Assembly (NCBI GenBank): GCA_964016885.1
Contig: OZ024742.1
Coordinates: 174,344,001 to 174,408,000 of the forward strand
From: Eledone cirrhosa
Taxonomy: Eukaryota
Direction: 5' to 3'
DNA length: 64,000 bases
Part shown: piece after piece, positions 36,824 to 49,720 of the stretch
How positions within the stretch are numbered: the stretch's first letter is position 1
Layout: every line of letters begins with the position of its first letter
Program-made: the position numbers and the translations under genes
The notes under the pieces: generated by a model
Databases searched by the model: none
What the model was told of the DNA's origin: nothing
Seen by the model: only the letters and a program-made list of their open reading frames with translations

Positions 36824-39800
36824 ATGGCCATATTAAGAGTAGGAAGTTTAAATGTTCGGGACCTGGGGTCACCCTGGAAGCAGGGTCGCCTGCTCAACGA
36901 CCTCCGGTCGCTGGAAATGGATGTGATTGCCGTAAGCGAGATCAGAATTTCCGACACGTGCGCACTAGCCCCCATTTTCGACGACTGTCAGATCTTCGCA
37001 TCTGTTAGCAGGCCGGGAATGGGTGGTGGGGTGTCAGTGCTGTTTAGGAAAGGACTGGATCTCGAGGTAAGGTTGATCTTCCGGGACCCGGACGGTAAGT
37101 TGGTGGTCTTGGATGTGAGCAGTAGCGAAGGTGGTGCCTTTAGACTGCTGGCCGTCTACGCCCCTACAGGGGCCGGATGACCTGACTTCTTTAGGCGCCT
37201 GGAGACCTTTCTGGGTACGTCTCGCCCTTTACTGTTAGCGGGGGACTGGAATGGCATCTTAGACGCACGCTGGGATTGTGTGGGAGTAGCCGATAGGAGC
37301 GGGGGTTGCAAAAGCCTCAAGCACCTACTCAGCCAGTTCCAACTGTCTGACAGGTATCGACTAGATTTCCCCAATGTGCCAGTATGGACATGGACAAACC
37401 GAATGGGGTCATCTAGATCGTATATAGACAGAATCTTCATTAGGAAAAATAGATAGAAATAGTGTGGGCTGTCCACTTTTTAAAATGGTCGCCTAATCAG
37501 ATCACAAATTTGTGATCTGTACGGTCGACCTAAATAAAACGCGTAGGTTAGGACCGGGTTACTGGAAGCTGAACATGTCATTTCCGGCACGTAAGGCTTA
37601 CAGGGACCGAGTCAATAAGTTAGTTAAGCAAAAGTTGACAGGGGGGATCATCAAAAACATATGGTGGGGGGCTCTCAAAAGAGAGATTAGAGTAACTTCG
37701 ATAGAGTTCAGCAAAGAACTAGCGTTAGAGAAAAATAGAAAGGAGGGGGAGCTGGTAGATAAGTTAGACGAGGCTATTATTAGTGGCATCGCAACTGACG
37801 TGCTAGCGGCGAGAATGACATTAGATCATTTCTTCAATGCCAAACACGAAGGTTGCATTGTCAGAGCTAAGGCGCGTGCGCTGAGAAACGAGGGAACTAA
37901 AGCTGTTCGATGGGCCCGCGTGGCGGAGGCGCAGCGTGGTAATAAAACCACAATTCGGTCTTTGGCGGACCGAGACGGACACGAGATAAGCGATTCCAAG
38001 CGGATGTGTGAGCCCTTTCGCCAGCACTTTGCTCGGTTGTTCGGGGAGAGTGGCGAGTCAGAGAGAGTAGCGGATTTCAGTCCCTACCTTGACGGCTTGC
38101 CGCGCATCTCGACGGTCGATGCTGAGCGCTGCAAAAGGCTGATTACTTCAGCCGAAATTCAGGACGCCCTTGTCGGTTGCATGAGGCGCAAGTCACCCGG
38201 TTTGGATGGCCTGCCCTACGAGCTTTACTTAAATATGCCAGACTTGTTCTCCGAACTCCTCGAAGCACTCTACTGTAACTGGCAGCAGAATGGGAGTATT
38301 CCCAGTTCTGTGAGCAGGGGAGTGGTGACGCTGATAAGGAAAGACGAGAACAAGAGGGATACATTAGACAACTTCAGGCCCATAACTCTGCTCAACACAG
38401 AGTTTAAGATTTTGGCCAAGGTGTTAGCAAAGAGATTGGCGCTTGTCGTCGAGGATTTAGTTGGGGAGGTGCAAACTCGCGCAATCCCAGCCAGGTCCAT
38501 ACACGACAATCTCCACCTCATGCGATACATCATAGAGAGGGTAGGGTGTAAACCTGGCTTCGGTGGGGCACTGATCAATTTAGATCCATCGAAAGCATTC
38601 GATAGGGTCGACCATCGGTATCTGGAGTTTGTCCTAAAAAGCAGCTGGCTTCGGCCCTGTCTTTAGAAGCTGGATCGTTGCAATGCACAGCGGCACACGC
38701 TCGGTGGTCAAGGTTAATGGCCATCTCTCGGAACCATTTCGGCTCTCCCGATCGGTCCGTCAAGGGTGCCCTCTCTCTTCCCTTCTGTACGTATTGACTC
38801 TCGAGCCTTTACTGCGGAAGCTGGAGCTGTTGCAGGGCATCCCGCTCGAACCAGGACGTGGAAAGGCGGTGTCGGCTTATGCGGACGACATCACCATGAT
38901 GGTGTCGAACACCTCAGAAATCGAGGTGGTCAGCACCTTATTGAAGGAATATGAAAGGTTGACAGGAGCCAAACTTAACCCGGAAATGTCGGTGGGCTTC
39001 CAGCTCGGAACCTGGAGAGGCAAGCCCATGCCGTCCAACAGCGTCGTGGGGCGCTGGACGGACGGACCAGTAAAGTTGCTCGGGGTTTGGTTCGGACCAG
39101 ACCTCCAGGTGGAAAAGAATTGGGACGAGGTAACGAGCAGAGTAGCCAGTCTCACCCAAAAATGGGCTATTACTGAAAGGTCGCGTGGAGGTGGCGAATG
39201 CGTACATCGCGTCCGTCATCTACTACCGCCTAACCGTCGTGCCTTGCCCCCGTCCGCGCCTCGTCAAGTTGGAACGGCTCCTCTTCAAATTCTTGTGGAA
39301 GGGACAAGTTCCGTTGGTGAGGCAGTCCATCTGCTGCCAGCACCCTCTACGCGGAGGGCTGGGCATGCCGTGGCTAATGATGCGCAGACATGCGTTGAGG
39401 CTGCGACATCTCCAGACATTCTGCCTCAATGGTGAACAGGTGTGGTCGCCGTTTTTCAGACGGGCCTTTCCGCAGCTCATTTCTTTGACTGAGCTGCAGT
39501 CCTGGGTCAAGAAGAGACCGAGACTGGGTGACTGGCACCTGGAATGTTGCCAGGCACTCACTGCCCTCTACCAAGCGGGCAATGTGATCAGTGGAACTTC
39601 CACTCTCGAGTTCTATAGAGGATTAGTGGTGGGCAAGTGCGATGACGCACTCGGAGAAGTTTTGGGCCTCGACGAAGTCGAACTGACCAGTCTGTACCGG
39701 AGGACTTTTGAGCCGGGGATGATGGACAATTTCCAGAAATCCCTCACTTGGCAGTGCTACCTGGCGGCACTGCCAGTTCGGGATAAACTCTACAGCACGG

Positions 39801-40235
39801 AAGTGCTGTCAGACGGACCTGCCCAAGATGCGCACAGAACGACGAAACCGTTCTGCACGCACTTGTCCAATGTCCGTGCATTACTGACTTGTGGAGTTAT
39901 GTCGAACAGCTACTGTCGCGTGTGGCCGAATCCGGTTATCGGCCGAGTCAATAGTGAAGATCGAGCCGCCACCTTCCTTAGGTCAGGAAGAGCAGGACAT
40001 TTTCCTCTGTCTGGTGGCAGTTGCGAAAGAGATTATATGGTGGACCAGGTTGAAAGGACTAAAGACAGACACTTTTCTCTTCGGCCAATCCCTCATCAAC
40101 TTCTTCAAGTTTCACCTGGAAAGGAGGGTGAGGGTGGAGAGAGAAGTGCTGCTCCCCAGTACATTTGCTAAAAGGTGGGTGAATGTGGCGAGAATGGCTC
40201 GTGTGAATGGGTCAACTTTGACCATGCGCCTATAG
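36824..40235 (+). pseudogene. LINE ORF2 (APE endonuclease + reverse transcriptase), multiple stops and frameshifts
   Basis: Collinear ORFs 36824..37180, 37512..38666, 38683..39435, 39185..40171, 39891..40235. Confidence 0.93.
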
Positions 40236-41004
40236 GCTGGCTAACTTGAGGAGAGGGGTGCTCTCCTGGGTGCCCTAGAAGCGCAGGGTGGTTCAGGATT
40301 GGTGGGGTACCCGAATCACCCCAGGATCGTCCACCCCCTATCGGGGAATTTATTTTGTTATATTTTGCATAGTTTATTTTATATTTTTATATTTTCATTG
40401 TTAAATTAGTCTTGCCATTGTGCACTTTTACTCGACCTTATTGTAAACCCCCACTGTCCCTGTCTTTGTATTGTCCCCTACATGTCGGCCCTTGTGGCTA
40501 ATAAATGAAATCATTATTATTATCATTATTGTTATTATTATTATTTTATTATTATTTGGCCTGAAATCATAGTATCTGATAGAGAGCCCATGTATAATAG
40601 AAGGTATAATGTAATGATGTCAAACATGTGTCTGACAGTTTTCCATTCATTTTTTTTGGGGGGGAATAGCCATTAGCGATTGGTTGTGTGTATGAAGAAA
40701 TTCAAACTAGACAGAGCATCACTTTAAGACTTATTCTCAGTTGTTTAGTATTACCAACTCTAGTTGGTTTAACCGATGGGCATTTGCCCTCTCTCATTCA
40801 CATGCAGCCTCTCTTTCCTTATATGTATATATATATATATGTATATGTGTATGTGTGTGTGTGTGTAGTTATATATATATGTATATGGGGTGGGGAGTAA
40901 ATATATATATGTATAAATGGTATATTGACCCCTGTACTGTACAGGAATTTTTTTTGTCAATCTCCAAGCCATTCATTCTAGCTTTTGACTGGCAATTCAA
41001 TGGT

Positions 41005-41410
41005 ATACACGTGTGTGGTGAGGAAAGATGAAAATGACTGTGTGAGTGAAATAGAACCAGTGATAATTTTTGTGAAGAAAAATGGAATAAGAAGGTTGGG
41101 TCATGTATTGAGGAAAGATCAAAATGTTAGTCTGATAAGAATAGATCCAGTGATGAATACTGTGAAGAGAAATAAAATAAGATGTTTGGGTCATGTGATG
41201 TGAGTGGGTAAGAGAAATAGAACCAGTGATGAATGTTGTGAAGAGAAATTGAATAAGATGCTTGGGCCATGTGTTGAGAAAAGATTAGTGATAGTGTGAA
41301 AGGAATGTGAAGGGGAATGTGAAGGGGAATGGAATGATGATGCAGGAGGAAATGAAAGCTATGTTGTTAATGAGGTGGGATGCAAAGGATCGACAAAATG
41401 GAGATGTCAT
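41005..41410 (+). mobile_element. RTE-like LINE 3' remnant with a ~65-80 bp internal triplication
   Basis: gaaatagaaccagtgat...gtgaaga.aaat..aataaga...ttgggtcatgt repeated three times; RRLGHVLRKD resembles the RTE W.GHV.R motif. Confidence 0.55.
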
Positions 41411-41776
41411 GGGGCCTCCAAAACTTTAGCTGGAAAATGGTTTTAAAATGCTTGTTGTTGTTGTTGTCATTAGCTAGCCATAAAAACATTTGGAATTTTC
41501 ATTACAAGTATTCTAGACAGCCACATTTATTGACAGTTTAGAAGTGTTTACCATTCCGATTAGAATATACCTGATCTGCTTAAATGAAAGTTTTCAGTTT
41601 TTGCGAGATTAGTTCACCATAAATGTGAAATGTTGACTATGGCTGAGAATAAGTTCAAAGGATGCAAAAGTAATAGAATTGTCAAAATAAGTTGAAATGA
41701 AAGTGAAAAGATTGCAAGGCGAAATTATAAAACACCAACAAATTCTCAAGAGAAGATAGGGAAAGCCAAAAATACA

Positions 41777-41784
41777 AAATAATG

Positions 41785-41824
<40 letters not shown>

Positions 41825-41835
41825 TGATGATAAAG

Positions 41836-41889
<54 letters not shown>

Positions 41890-41925
41890 TTATAAATAAA
41901 TAAATAAATAAATAAATAAATATAA
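41777..41925. repeat. (AAT)n and (AAAT)n microsatellite
   Basis: Directly visible. Confidence 0.97.
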
Positions 41926-42619
41926 ACAAAAAAAAATGAAATTAACAATCTTTTCCACAAAAAATAAAATCACCAAACACAGAAATTTCTTCATTGATGT
42001 CTTGGATGGAATCTTATTCAAAGAATTCTGTCTTATACAGCTTTCTGCTCACATTGATTTTGTTTTCATGAATATTTTTCCCTCCACATTATTTTTCCTA
42101 AGTTTTTCTGATTTTTAAAACAATTTTTTCTCACCTTTTTCTGTTTACATCAACATTTTGTGTGTTTCATTGAATCCACAAGGTCTTGAACATTTTGCAA
42201 TAATTTCTATATTACTGTTGCTTGCATAATCCCTATATATCACTCCTAAATCATGCAAGAATTTCTCTAAATGTTTATTTCCCCTTTTGGGGGATTTTTC
42301 AGATATTACACAAACAAGTTTTCTATAAATTGCTTCGTATTTAAAACAGATTGGAAAATATTTTTTTTGAGAAAACCAAAATAAAATCTCTCTTTCTCTC
42401 TTCCTCCCTGTAAAACTAAATACAATATGTCAATATTTGATCTTTAAATGGAATCTTAGATTATCATAAATGCAAAGAATATCACAAGAAACCAGCAATA
42501 CTGCAATACATTCCCACTGTTTTTTGCAAACTGAAAATGCTTGACAAAACTTTCAGCTTTAGCAAAAATGAAAAAAAACAAAACAGGATAATAAAATGGC
42601 TGTAGATTTCTTTCATATC

Positions 42620-42872
42620 ACCCTTTCCACCACCACAACCACCAATGCCCCCACCACTGCTCCCCATAACCATTACCAATACCATCACCTACTCCACCAT
42701 CATGGACACCACCAGCGTAACTACCATCCACCATCACCATTGCCATCACCTCCACCACCACCATTGACAGCACAACCTCCACCAGCATCAATGTTGCTCA
42801 CCATCACCATTTCCATCTCCCCCACCACCAGCACAATCACCACCACCACCAACACCATCATCACCATCATCC
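42620..42872. repeat. Degenerate (CAC/CAT)n low-complexity tract
   Basis: Directly visible. Confidence 0.9.
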
Positions 42873-43689
42873 TACCTCTGACTTGTATTGATTTATAATT
42901 ATTTTCCTTTTCTTGAAACAACATTATTGGACGGAAATAACTAATAAAGCAACGAGGAATAAATGTTTGTTTTATTTTATCTTTTTTTTTTCCAGATCTT
43001 TCTTATAGTTGTGAACCCCCCCAAGTATAAAATCTTTCCAAATCTTTCAAGTTTTATTTTATGAAATAAAATTGTTTTCATCACGGCTTTCTCGTAGTAT
43101 TTTCACTCTGATGGTAAAAGAATAAAAAAATAAAAAAATAAAAATTCATTAGCCTGACAGAAACGTTTCCTTATTTTATTACAATTTAAACACTAGTTCC
43201 TATTTGTCATAGTTGGTTCAACGTTTAAAAAAAATCAACAACTAAAAACACAAACATTAAACATTTTTCTAAAATAAAACCTAATGCATTAACTCCCTCA
43301 AAGCAGATCAAATCCACAATTTAGTTTGCCTTGTTAAAACTGAGGACCAAATAATTTCAACCATACACCAGGCATATATTTTATAATAAGCAATATTCAT
43401 CAGCTGGTTTATACACTTCAGGTTTTGTTATACCAGATATCAACAATTGTGACATGGTTTCTCAACCATATGTATTATTCTCAACCAGCTATATTATTAC
43501 AAATCATAGTTTGACATTATCATCATCATCATCATATTAACCATCATCACCAGCATCACCCCCTCCATCGGCATCATCGTTTATCGTTCATTTTCCCTGT
43601 TAGCAAGGCTTGGACACTGCAACTGAAATTGTCAATTGTGTGAAAGAGATAAATAGAAATAATAGTAATAATAATACTAATAATAATAA

Positions 43690-43888
43690 CAATTTTTTCT
43701 ACTTTTGGCACAAGAACAGTAATTTTTGGGGGTTGGAAAGTCGATCAAATCCACCTCAGTGCGTGACTGGTACTTTATTTTATCAACCCTGTAAGGATGA
43801 AAGGTAAATTTAACCTTGGTGGGATTTGAACCCAGAACGTAAAGGACCGTAACTCTCTGCCGTAAACCATATTGTCCGACACTCTATA
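43690..43888 (-). mobile_element. tRNA-derived SINE (main family)
   Basis: tttctacttttggcacaag...ggtactttattttatc...ggatgaaagg...gggatttgaacccag. Confidence 0.85.
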
Positions 43889-45534
43889 GATAATAATAAT
43901 AATGATATTGATAACACAAACCACAGGACTTACAAATATACACAGCATACAAAAGATAGCACTATTAGGCACTGCACACATATGAAAAGTACTATCAATA
44001 CAATAGAAACATCAGCAAAAACTATACTGTACATACTGAAGGTGCACAGAGCTGTGCTCAGTAAAACAGTAATGATGTGCTATAAAAGTGATAATAATTT
44101 TTTTATTGACCACAAGGGCCCAAGAGATGGGTGAAAATACAAGGATAAAACAGCAGAGTAGAATAAGCATCATCACCTTCATTTAACATCTGTTTACCCT
44201 GCAAGCAAGGGTTGGAAACTAAACTTAAACTTGTTCAATATGAGAGAGACCAAAACAAAAAAACATCACTATCATCATCATCCTTTATTATCATCATTTC
44301 ATTTCCACATTTCTTCTCCTGTCCTTGATGTAACTAAAGAACCCTTTCTTCCTTTTTGGCATTATTTCTACAGCTGTGTGACCTTCTTAATGCCAACCAC
44401 ATATATTTTCTTTTACTCGTTTCAGCAACTAAATCTGCTTCACATCACATGCTATAGCATGGCTGTAAAATTTATGGTAGAAATGATGAAGATGGTGCAT
44501 GAAAACATTTTATTGGTTGGCAGAAGATATAATTTTTTTGTGAGGGATTTTATAAGAAAAATCAAATGGTAACCTTTAAATTATCAGCTGATACTTGGGC
44601 TCAATGGAAAACATTTTCACAAGTAATAATGGTAATCAAAACTTTGATGGATGGATACTAAACTTCTCATTTATCCATGTTCTGTACGCCAGATAATTTT
44701 GTATAGGGTGAGTTTTATAGCTGCAATTATATATGCAAATATGTTTGTTACACAATCAAAGCAAATATAGGAACCAAAACTTTGTTTTTATCAAATGAAA
44801 TGGACCAGCAGGTTTTATCAGTTAATTTTGAAAAATTAATGAAATTTTGGAAAATTAATGAATTCTATTGATCTCTCAAGGATAACAAATTAATTCGGTC
44901 AATATGAGCCTTAAAATTGGAGTGCAAATCGGTATAATCTTATTATAGAATGTTCTAGCTTGTCTGACACCCCAAAATGTTAAAGAAATGAGAAACTATG
45001 TGTAAATAAAAAGGTTTGTTTGTAAAAAGTAAGCATCTGGTGTTCAAAGTAGCAGTATGTGTATCCCTTTGATCTCTGAGTTTACTTGTATAATTTGCCA
45101 TTAACAGGATGTCAGCAAAGATTCAAAACTGTAATCAGTTGCTACTCAAGGTAGCAATAGATGTATTAATTTAATCTATACGTTTACTAGTATATTTTTT
45201 CATTAACATGATGTTATCAAAATATTATAAACTGTAACCATCTGCTGTTCAAAGTAGCAGTATGTGTAGTACTTTGATCTTTACATTTAATGGTACTGTT
45301 TGTCATTAATATGTCATCATCAAATATTCTAAACTGTAACTATCTGGTACTCAAAGTAACAATAGATGTATTACTTTGATCTCTTGTTAGAGAAGGGTTC
45401 AAGTTAGCATGATCTCTTCACAAGAAAATAAAGGCAAGTGTCTATTTATTGTTAGTTGCAACCAGCAACAAGAATTAACATTTTGCAATTGATCAATGGG
45501 TGACTCATATTTGTTAAAATTTATTAAGTAAATT

Positions 45535-45905
45535 ATGTTTTCTAATTTAGTAACAAGGTCAGAAATTTTGAGGAGAGGGAGAAAATTGATTATACCAACC
45601 CCAGTATTTAACTGATACTTTATTTTACCAATCTCAGAAGGATAATGGGAAAGCTTGTTTCATTAGGATTTGATCTCAGAGCAGAGAGTTTGGGATCAAC
45701 AGCTACAAAACATTGTTTTCACTGCACTAATGCTTCTGGGAATCCAAAGCAAATAATGGTTTTTGATGTAAACACAAAGCCAACAATTTTGTGGAGGGGA
45801 ATACAATTAAATATATCCCAGTACTTAGCTAGTACATTATTTTATCGACACTGGAAGGATAAAAGGCAAAGTTGACTATGGCAGGATTTGAAATCAGAAT
45901 GTAAA
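45535..45905 (-). mobile_element. Two diverged tandem SINE copies
   Basis: Core and B-box reverse complements at ~45615-45680 and ~45835-45900. Confidence 0.6.
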
Positions 45906-46559
45906 GAGAAATTTTCCAGAAATGAGTCAGCAGATAATAGAAATCCCATACTTTTGCCTGGAGGGCTAAAATGCTATTAATGGAGACCTGAATGTAATAA
46001 TTTATGCTAGTAGTACTTTAGTGAATCATAACAAATTTTGTTTTTGATATTTTTTAAAGTTACAAACAGTTAAACGACCATCTTTAACTTGAGTAGCCAA
46101 ATTGTTAAGAAAAAAACCAAAAGTGATATCAATAACTTGTAACACTGTTTTTAATTATTAGTTGACAAACATTGTAATGGTTGGGGGAGTGAAAATAGAA
46201 GTAACATTAAAATTCAAATAATATAGGAGAAAAATCTTTAAATTCCAATTAAATACAATAATGTTTTAACTGAAACTAAACAAAAGGAAAATACTTTATA
46301 GAAAACCAAACCATTAAGTATTATTTAATTTGAAAAAATAGACATAATGAAACAAAGGAAACAAAGATTATTCAAGTAATTTATTAAGAGATTTGATCTT
46401 ATTGGAAACTAATTTTTCTTATTCTATACATACTAGGTGTTGTAAAGGCAGTAAATTGACAAAGTCATTAGCATATTAGGTAGAATGCTTTGTGGTATTC
46501 ATTTCAAATAACTGCACTGTCTTCAAACCCACAGAAATCCACTTTGCTTTCATTATTTC

Positions 46560-46746
46560 TGGTGGATTGGCAGTAACGGTAGAGGGTCGGACGCCGTGCT
46601 TTGTAGCATAGAGTTACGGCCCTTGCCATTCTGAGTTCAAATACCACCGAGGTTAATTTGCCTTTCATCCTTACAGGGTCGATAAAATAAAGTACCAGTA
46701 ATGCACTGTTAATTGCTGGTCTTGTGCCAAAAGTAGAAACAATTAT
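46560..46746 (+). mobile_element. tRNA-derived SINE (main family), preceded by an older truncated copy at ~46440-46552
   Basis: Full consensus match. Confidence 0.9.
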
Positions 46747-49244
46747 GTCCATGTTGATAAATAAAATACTAGTCCAGTACTTGAGTCAATTTTTCCTCTA
46801 TATTATCACTTCCTCATTATCACTCTCACTTCTTTAAGAAATTGGCTGCATTTAGACCAAGAGATTATACAAGCTCTGGCAGGTTTAAAATGACCAAGGC
46901 TTGCTGTACGTCATTAGGGTGCCCCTACAACTCCATCGGGAGAGACAGGACATTACATAGCTGTTTTAATACGTAGATATTGGTGAAGGGATAATTGTAT
47001 GATCCAAATATTATCCTCTATTGTGGAACAGAAGCATACAGTGATGAAAGTATTTTTTTATGGATTAAAATAAACAGAATGAGAAAAAATGGTGCAGTGA
47101 AAATATTAAATAATGAAAAAAGAGGAGATGGGCCAAACTATTACACACATGGATGATAAGTATATCTCAGCTGAGCCCTGTAGACAGGAAGGTGAAAGCC
47201 TTGCCATGGAGAATAGTCAGTAACACCCACTGCATGAACTATTCCACTCCATTTGGCACCTTCCAGATGCGAAATGCATTTTTTCCAATTTTGTGTCGAA
47301 AACAGCAGTCCTAAGACTAAGGTCACCCCAAGACTTGACAGAGATAGCAAAGGGAAATGGTCAGATAAAGTTTGGTATTTCAATAGCTTCTGAAATGTTA
47401 TTACAAGCAGCAGTGCCTGATTTTGTGACCAAGGTATGATGCGGTGAACATGTGCAGCAATTAATTATAGTAATTTCTAAATGGCAAATATGAAAAGTAT
47501 GAGCTTAAAGGTTTATATCTCCAATAAAATCATTCACATGGAGAGCAGAATACAGCAATCATACAGTTCTTCACAGATAGAGAATATTAAATGGGAACAG
47601 AATTTATGAAAAAATTGTTATATTACTTCTTGAAGCTGTTTAAACATTAGTGTTGAATCTCCTTACCTATTTCAAATGCATAGAACATAATATTTTAACA
47701 GAAATATTTTGCATGGGTAGAAATTTAAATATAATGTATTATTTCTTGTGACATTAACCAACATACATCAAATTTTGAAATATGTAAGCAGGAAAAAATC
47801 TCCTTTTGCTACTAACGTGAAGCATGTGTGGGAATGGAAATAAAAAAAAGTAAGATGGGGTGGATCTGCATATAAATGCATAGACAGTGTTGGATTGTTA
47901 TGTCATAAAGTCTTTTAGGTAAATTAAGCCGTCAATATAGATAGTCCAAGAATATATATCATAACAGAAAGATATCTATTTTCTTCTCTCTTTACTTCTT
48001 TTACTGGAGAGTTATTTACCTACTGACAACAATTCAGAAGAAAGGGGGAAAACTCACCCTTCTCTAATTATATATATCCCTTTTATTAGTATTAACATTT
48101 CCTCAATAGTTAAACATGTCATAATCTAATATCTTCATACCAAACAAAAAGTATTTGATACTAAAACTAAATCAATTAGACACGTGTTGTATAGTAGTGC
48201 CCACATCTAAATTTTAATAGCACCATAATAAATGCTTAAAAACATTTATGCATTCATATACATTGTCATGGGAAAATTGTCATTAAAATCAATAATAGGG
48301 CTAAATGTTAGGTTTATAGTAGCATTAAGTTTAGTATTAACATTAACCTGAGGGTTGGGTTTATTGTCCCTTTGCACTTGTTTTATGTTTAATTCTATTG
48401 TTCCCTTGTTTCCTATTTTCTTTTTCCCTTTCTTATGCATAATCTACCTCCCATTAGCCTTCAATATTTGAAATTTCTTTTTGTTTATTTACCTTTTTTA
48501 CTTTTTTATTTCTTGTCTCTCTAGTTCTTTTTGATTACCTACTGTAAAGAGCATTCGATACTTCCCCTAGTCTGTCATGACTTACTAGCTCTATATGGAC
48601 GTTTAAATTGATTAAATAAATAAATATTCAAGTATACTTTTGTCTGCCTTGTCTGTGGAAAATTCCAAAAACAAGTAAGTGTTTTTATGTCATAGTTATA
48701 GCCATGAACCCCCTCCCCATTAACTCCTGATGAACTTTTCGGTTTGCTGTTGTTACATATGGCATGTCTTGGGCATTTAATCCTGGTTAGGTCCATCCAA
48801 TAATGCAGACAATTTCTCCCAGAGAAATAGAAGAAAGAAATAGAGAGAAAGAAAATGGGCAAGAGATATAGAGAAAAGACTGACCAAAGTGTTGGACTGC
48901 CACCTTATTTACTGACCTGAAACAGACAAATTTGACCAATGGAATTTGAACTGAGACTGCAGAGAGCAAATACAAATGTTGTAAAGCATTCTATCCAATA
49001 TGCTAATAGCTCTGTCATATCCCCACTTAAAGTATTTTTATACAATAGTATTTACTGAACAAAAATATTCAATACTGAAGCTAAATCAATTGTACATGTG
49101 TTATACAGTAATGTTGAAATTTAAATTTGAATTGGATCATAATAAATATTTTGAAATTTTTCTTACATTTTTTTTATGCAAGGTGATGGAACATGTATTC
49201 ATGATAATTCTTAATTATTCTAAAGTGTATTATTATCATAAATC

Positions 49245-49720
49245 AGGCCATCGAACAGAATAAGTCAAATATGGCTGACAATAAAATGAAACAAAATCAA
49301 AATGAAAATCGTCTGAAAATGGATAATAAAATAAAATCGAATTTAATAAAATGGTCAACAATGGCAGTCATAATCATATCCCTAACACTAACCCTCACCA
49401 TACCATTTTTTTTTATTTAAAACATTCTTTCTAATTATTATTTTCTTTTATTATTCTTTCCCTGATTAATTTCTTATTGCAAATTGTTAATCTTTTGAGA
49501 ATTTATGTAAGCTTTTTATTCAATTATTTTTCTTTCGAGAATTCAGTTTTTTAAGTCTCCCTCCATTACGTAAGATTTACAGAAAAAAAAATATATTCAA
49601 AAAGAATTCATTCAGAATTTGGCGAAAAGTCAGGTACTTTTCAGTTTTATTTCCTTTTAGTTTCATTGAGTTTCAATTTATTGTTGGCCATGTCCGTCTC
49701 TATTCTGTACGAATGCCATA
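49245..49720. repeat. Old, diverged inverted-repeat (MITE-like) element
   Basis: atggctgacaataaaatgaaac (49271-49292) roughly mirrored by gtttcaatttattgttggccat (49670-49691). Confidence 0.4.

Larger units (their letters stand above)
34629..40555 (+). mobile_element. Near full-length L1/Tx1-type LINE (ORF1 with CCHC knuckle; ORF2 with APE endonuclease, RT, C-terminal zinc motif), frameshifted
   Basis: CFVCGEATHLQAFC; SLNVR...SE, GDWN, SDH-type EN motifs; KSPGLDG, FRPITLLN, KAFDRVDH, VRQGCPLS, AYADD; 3' AATAAA + (ATT)n. Confidence 0.95.

Noticed and set aside
41005-41290. Regularly spaced repeats resembling a CRISPR array
   Set aside because: Eukaryotic context, degenerate whole-unit duplications without unique spacers, no cas genes
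47141-47390. 80-aa minus-strand ORF after a possible splice acceptor
   Set aside because: No recognisable domain or partner exons; cannot support a host gene without RNA-seq or homology search
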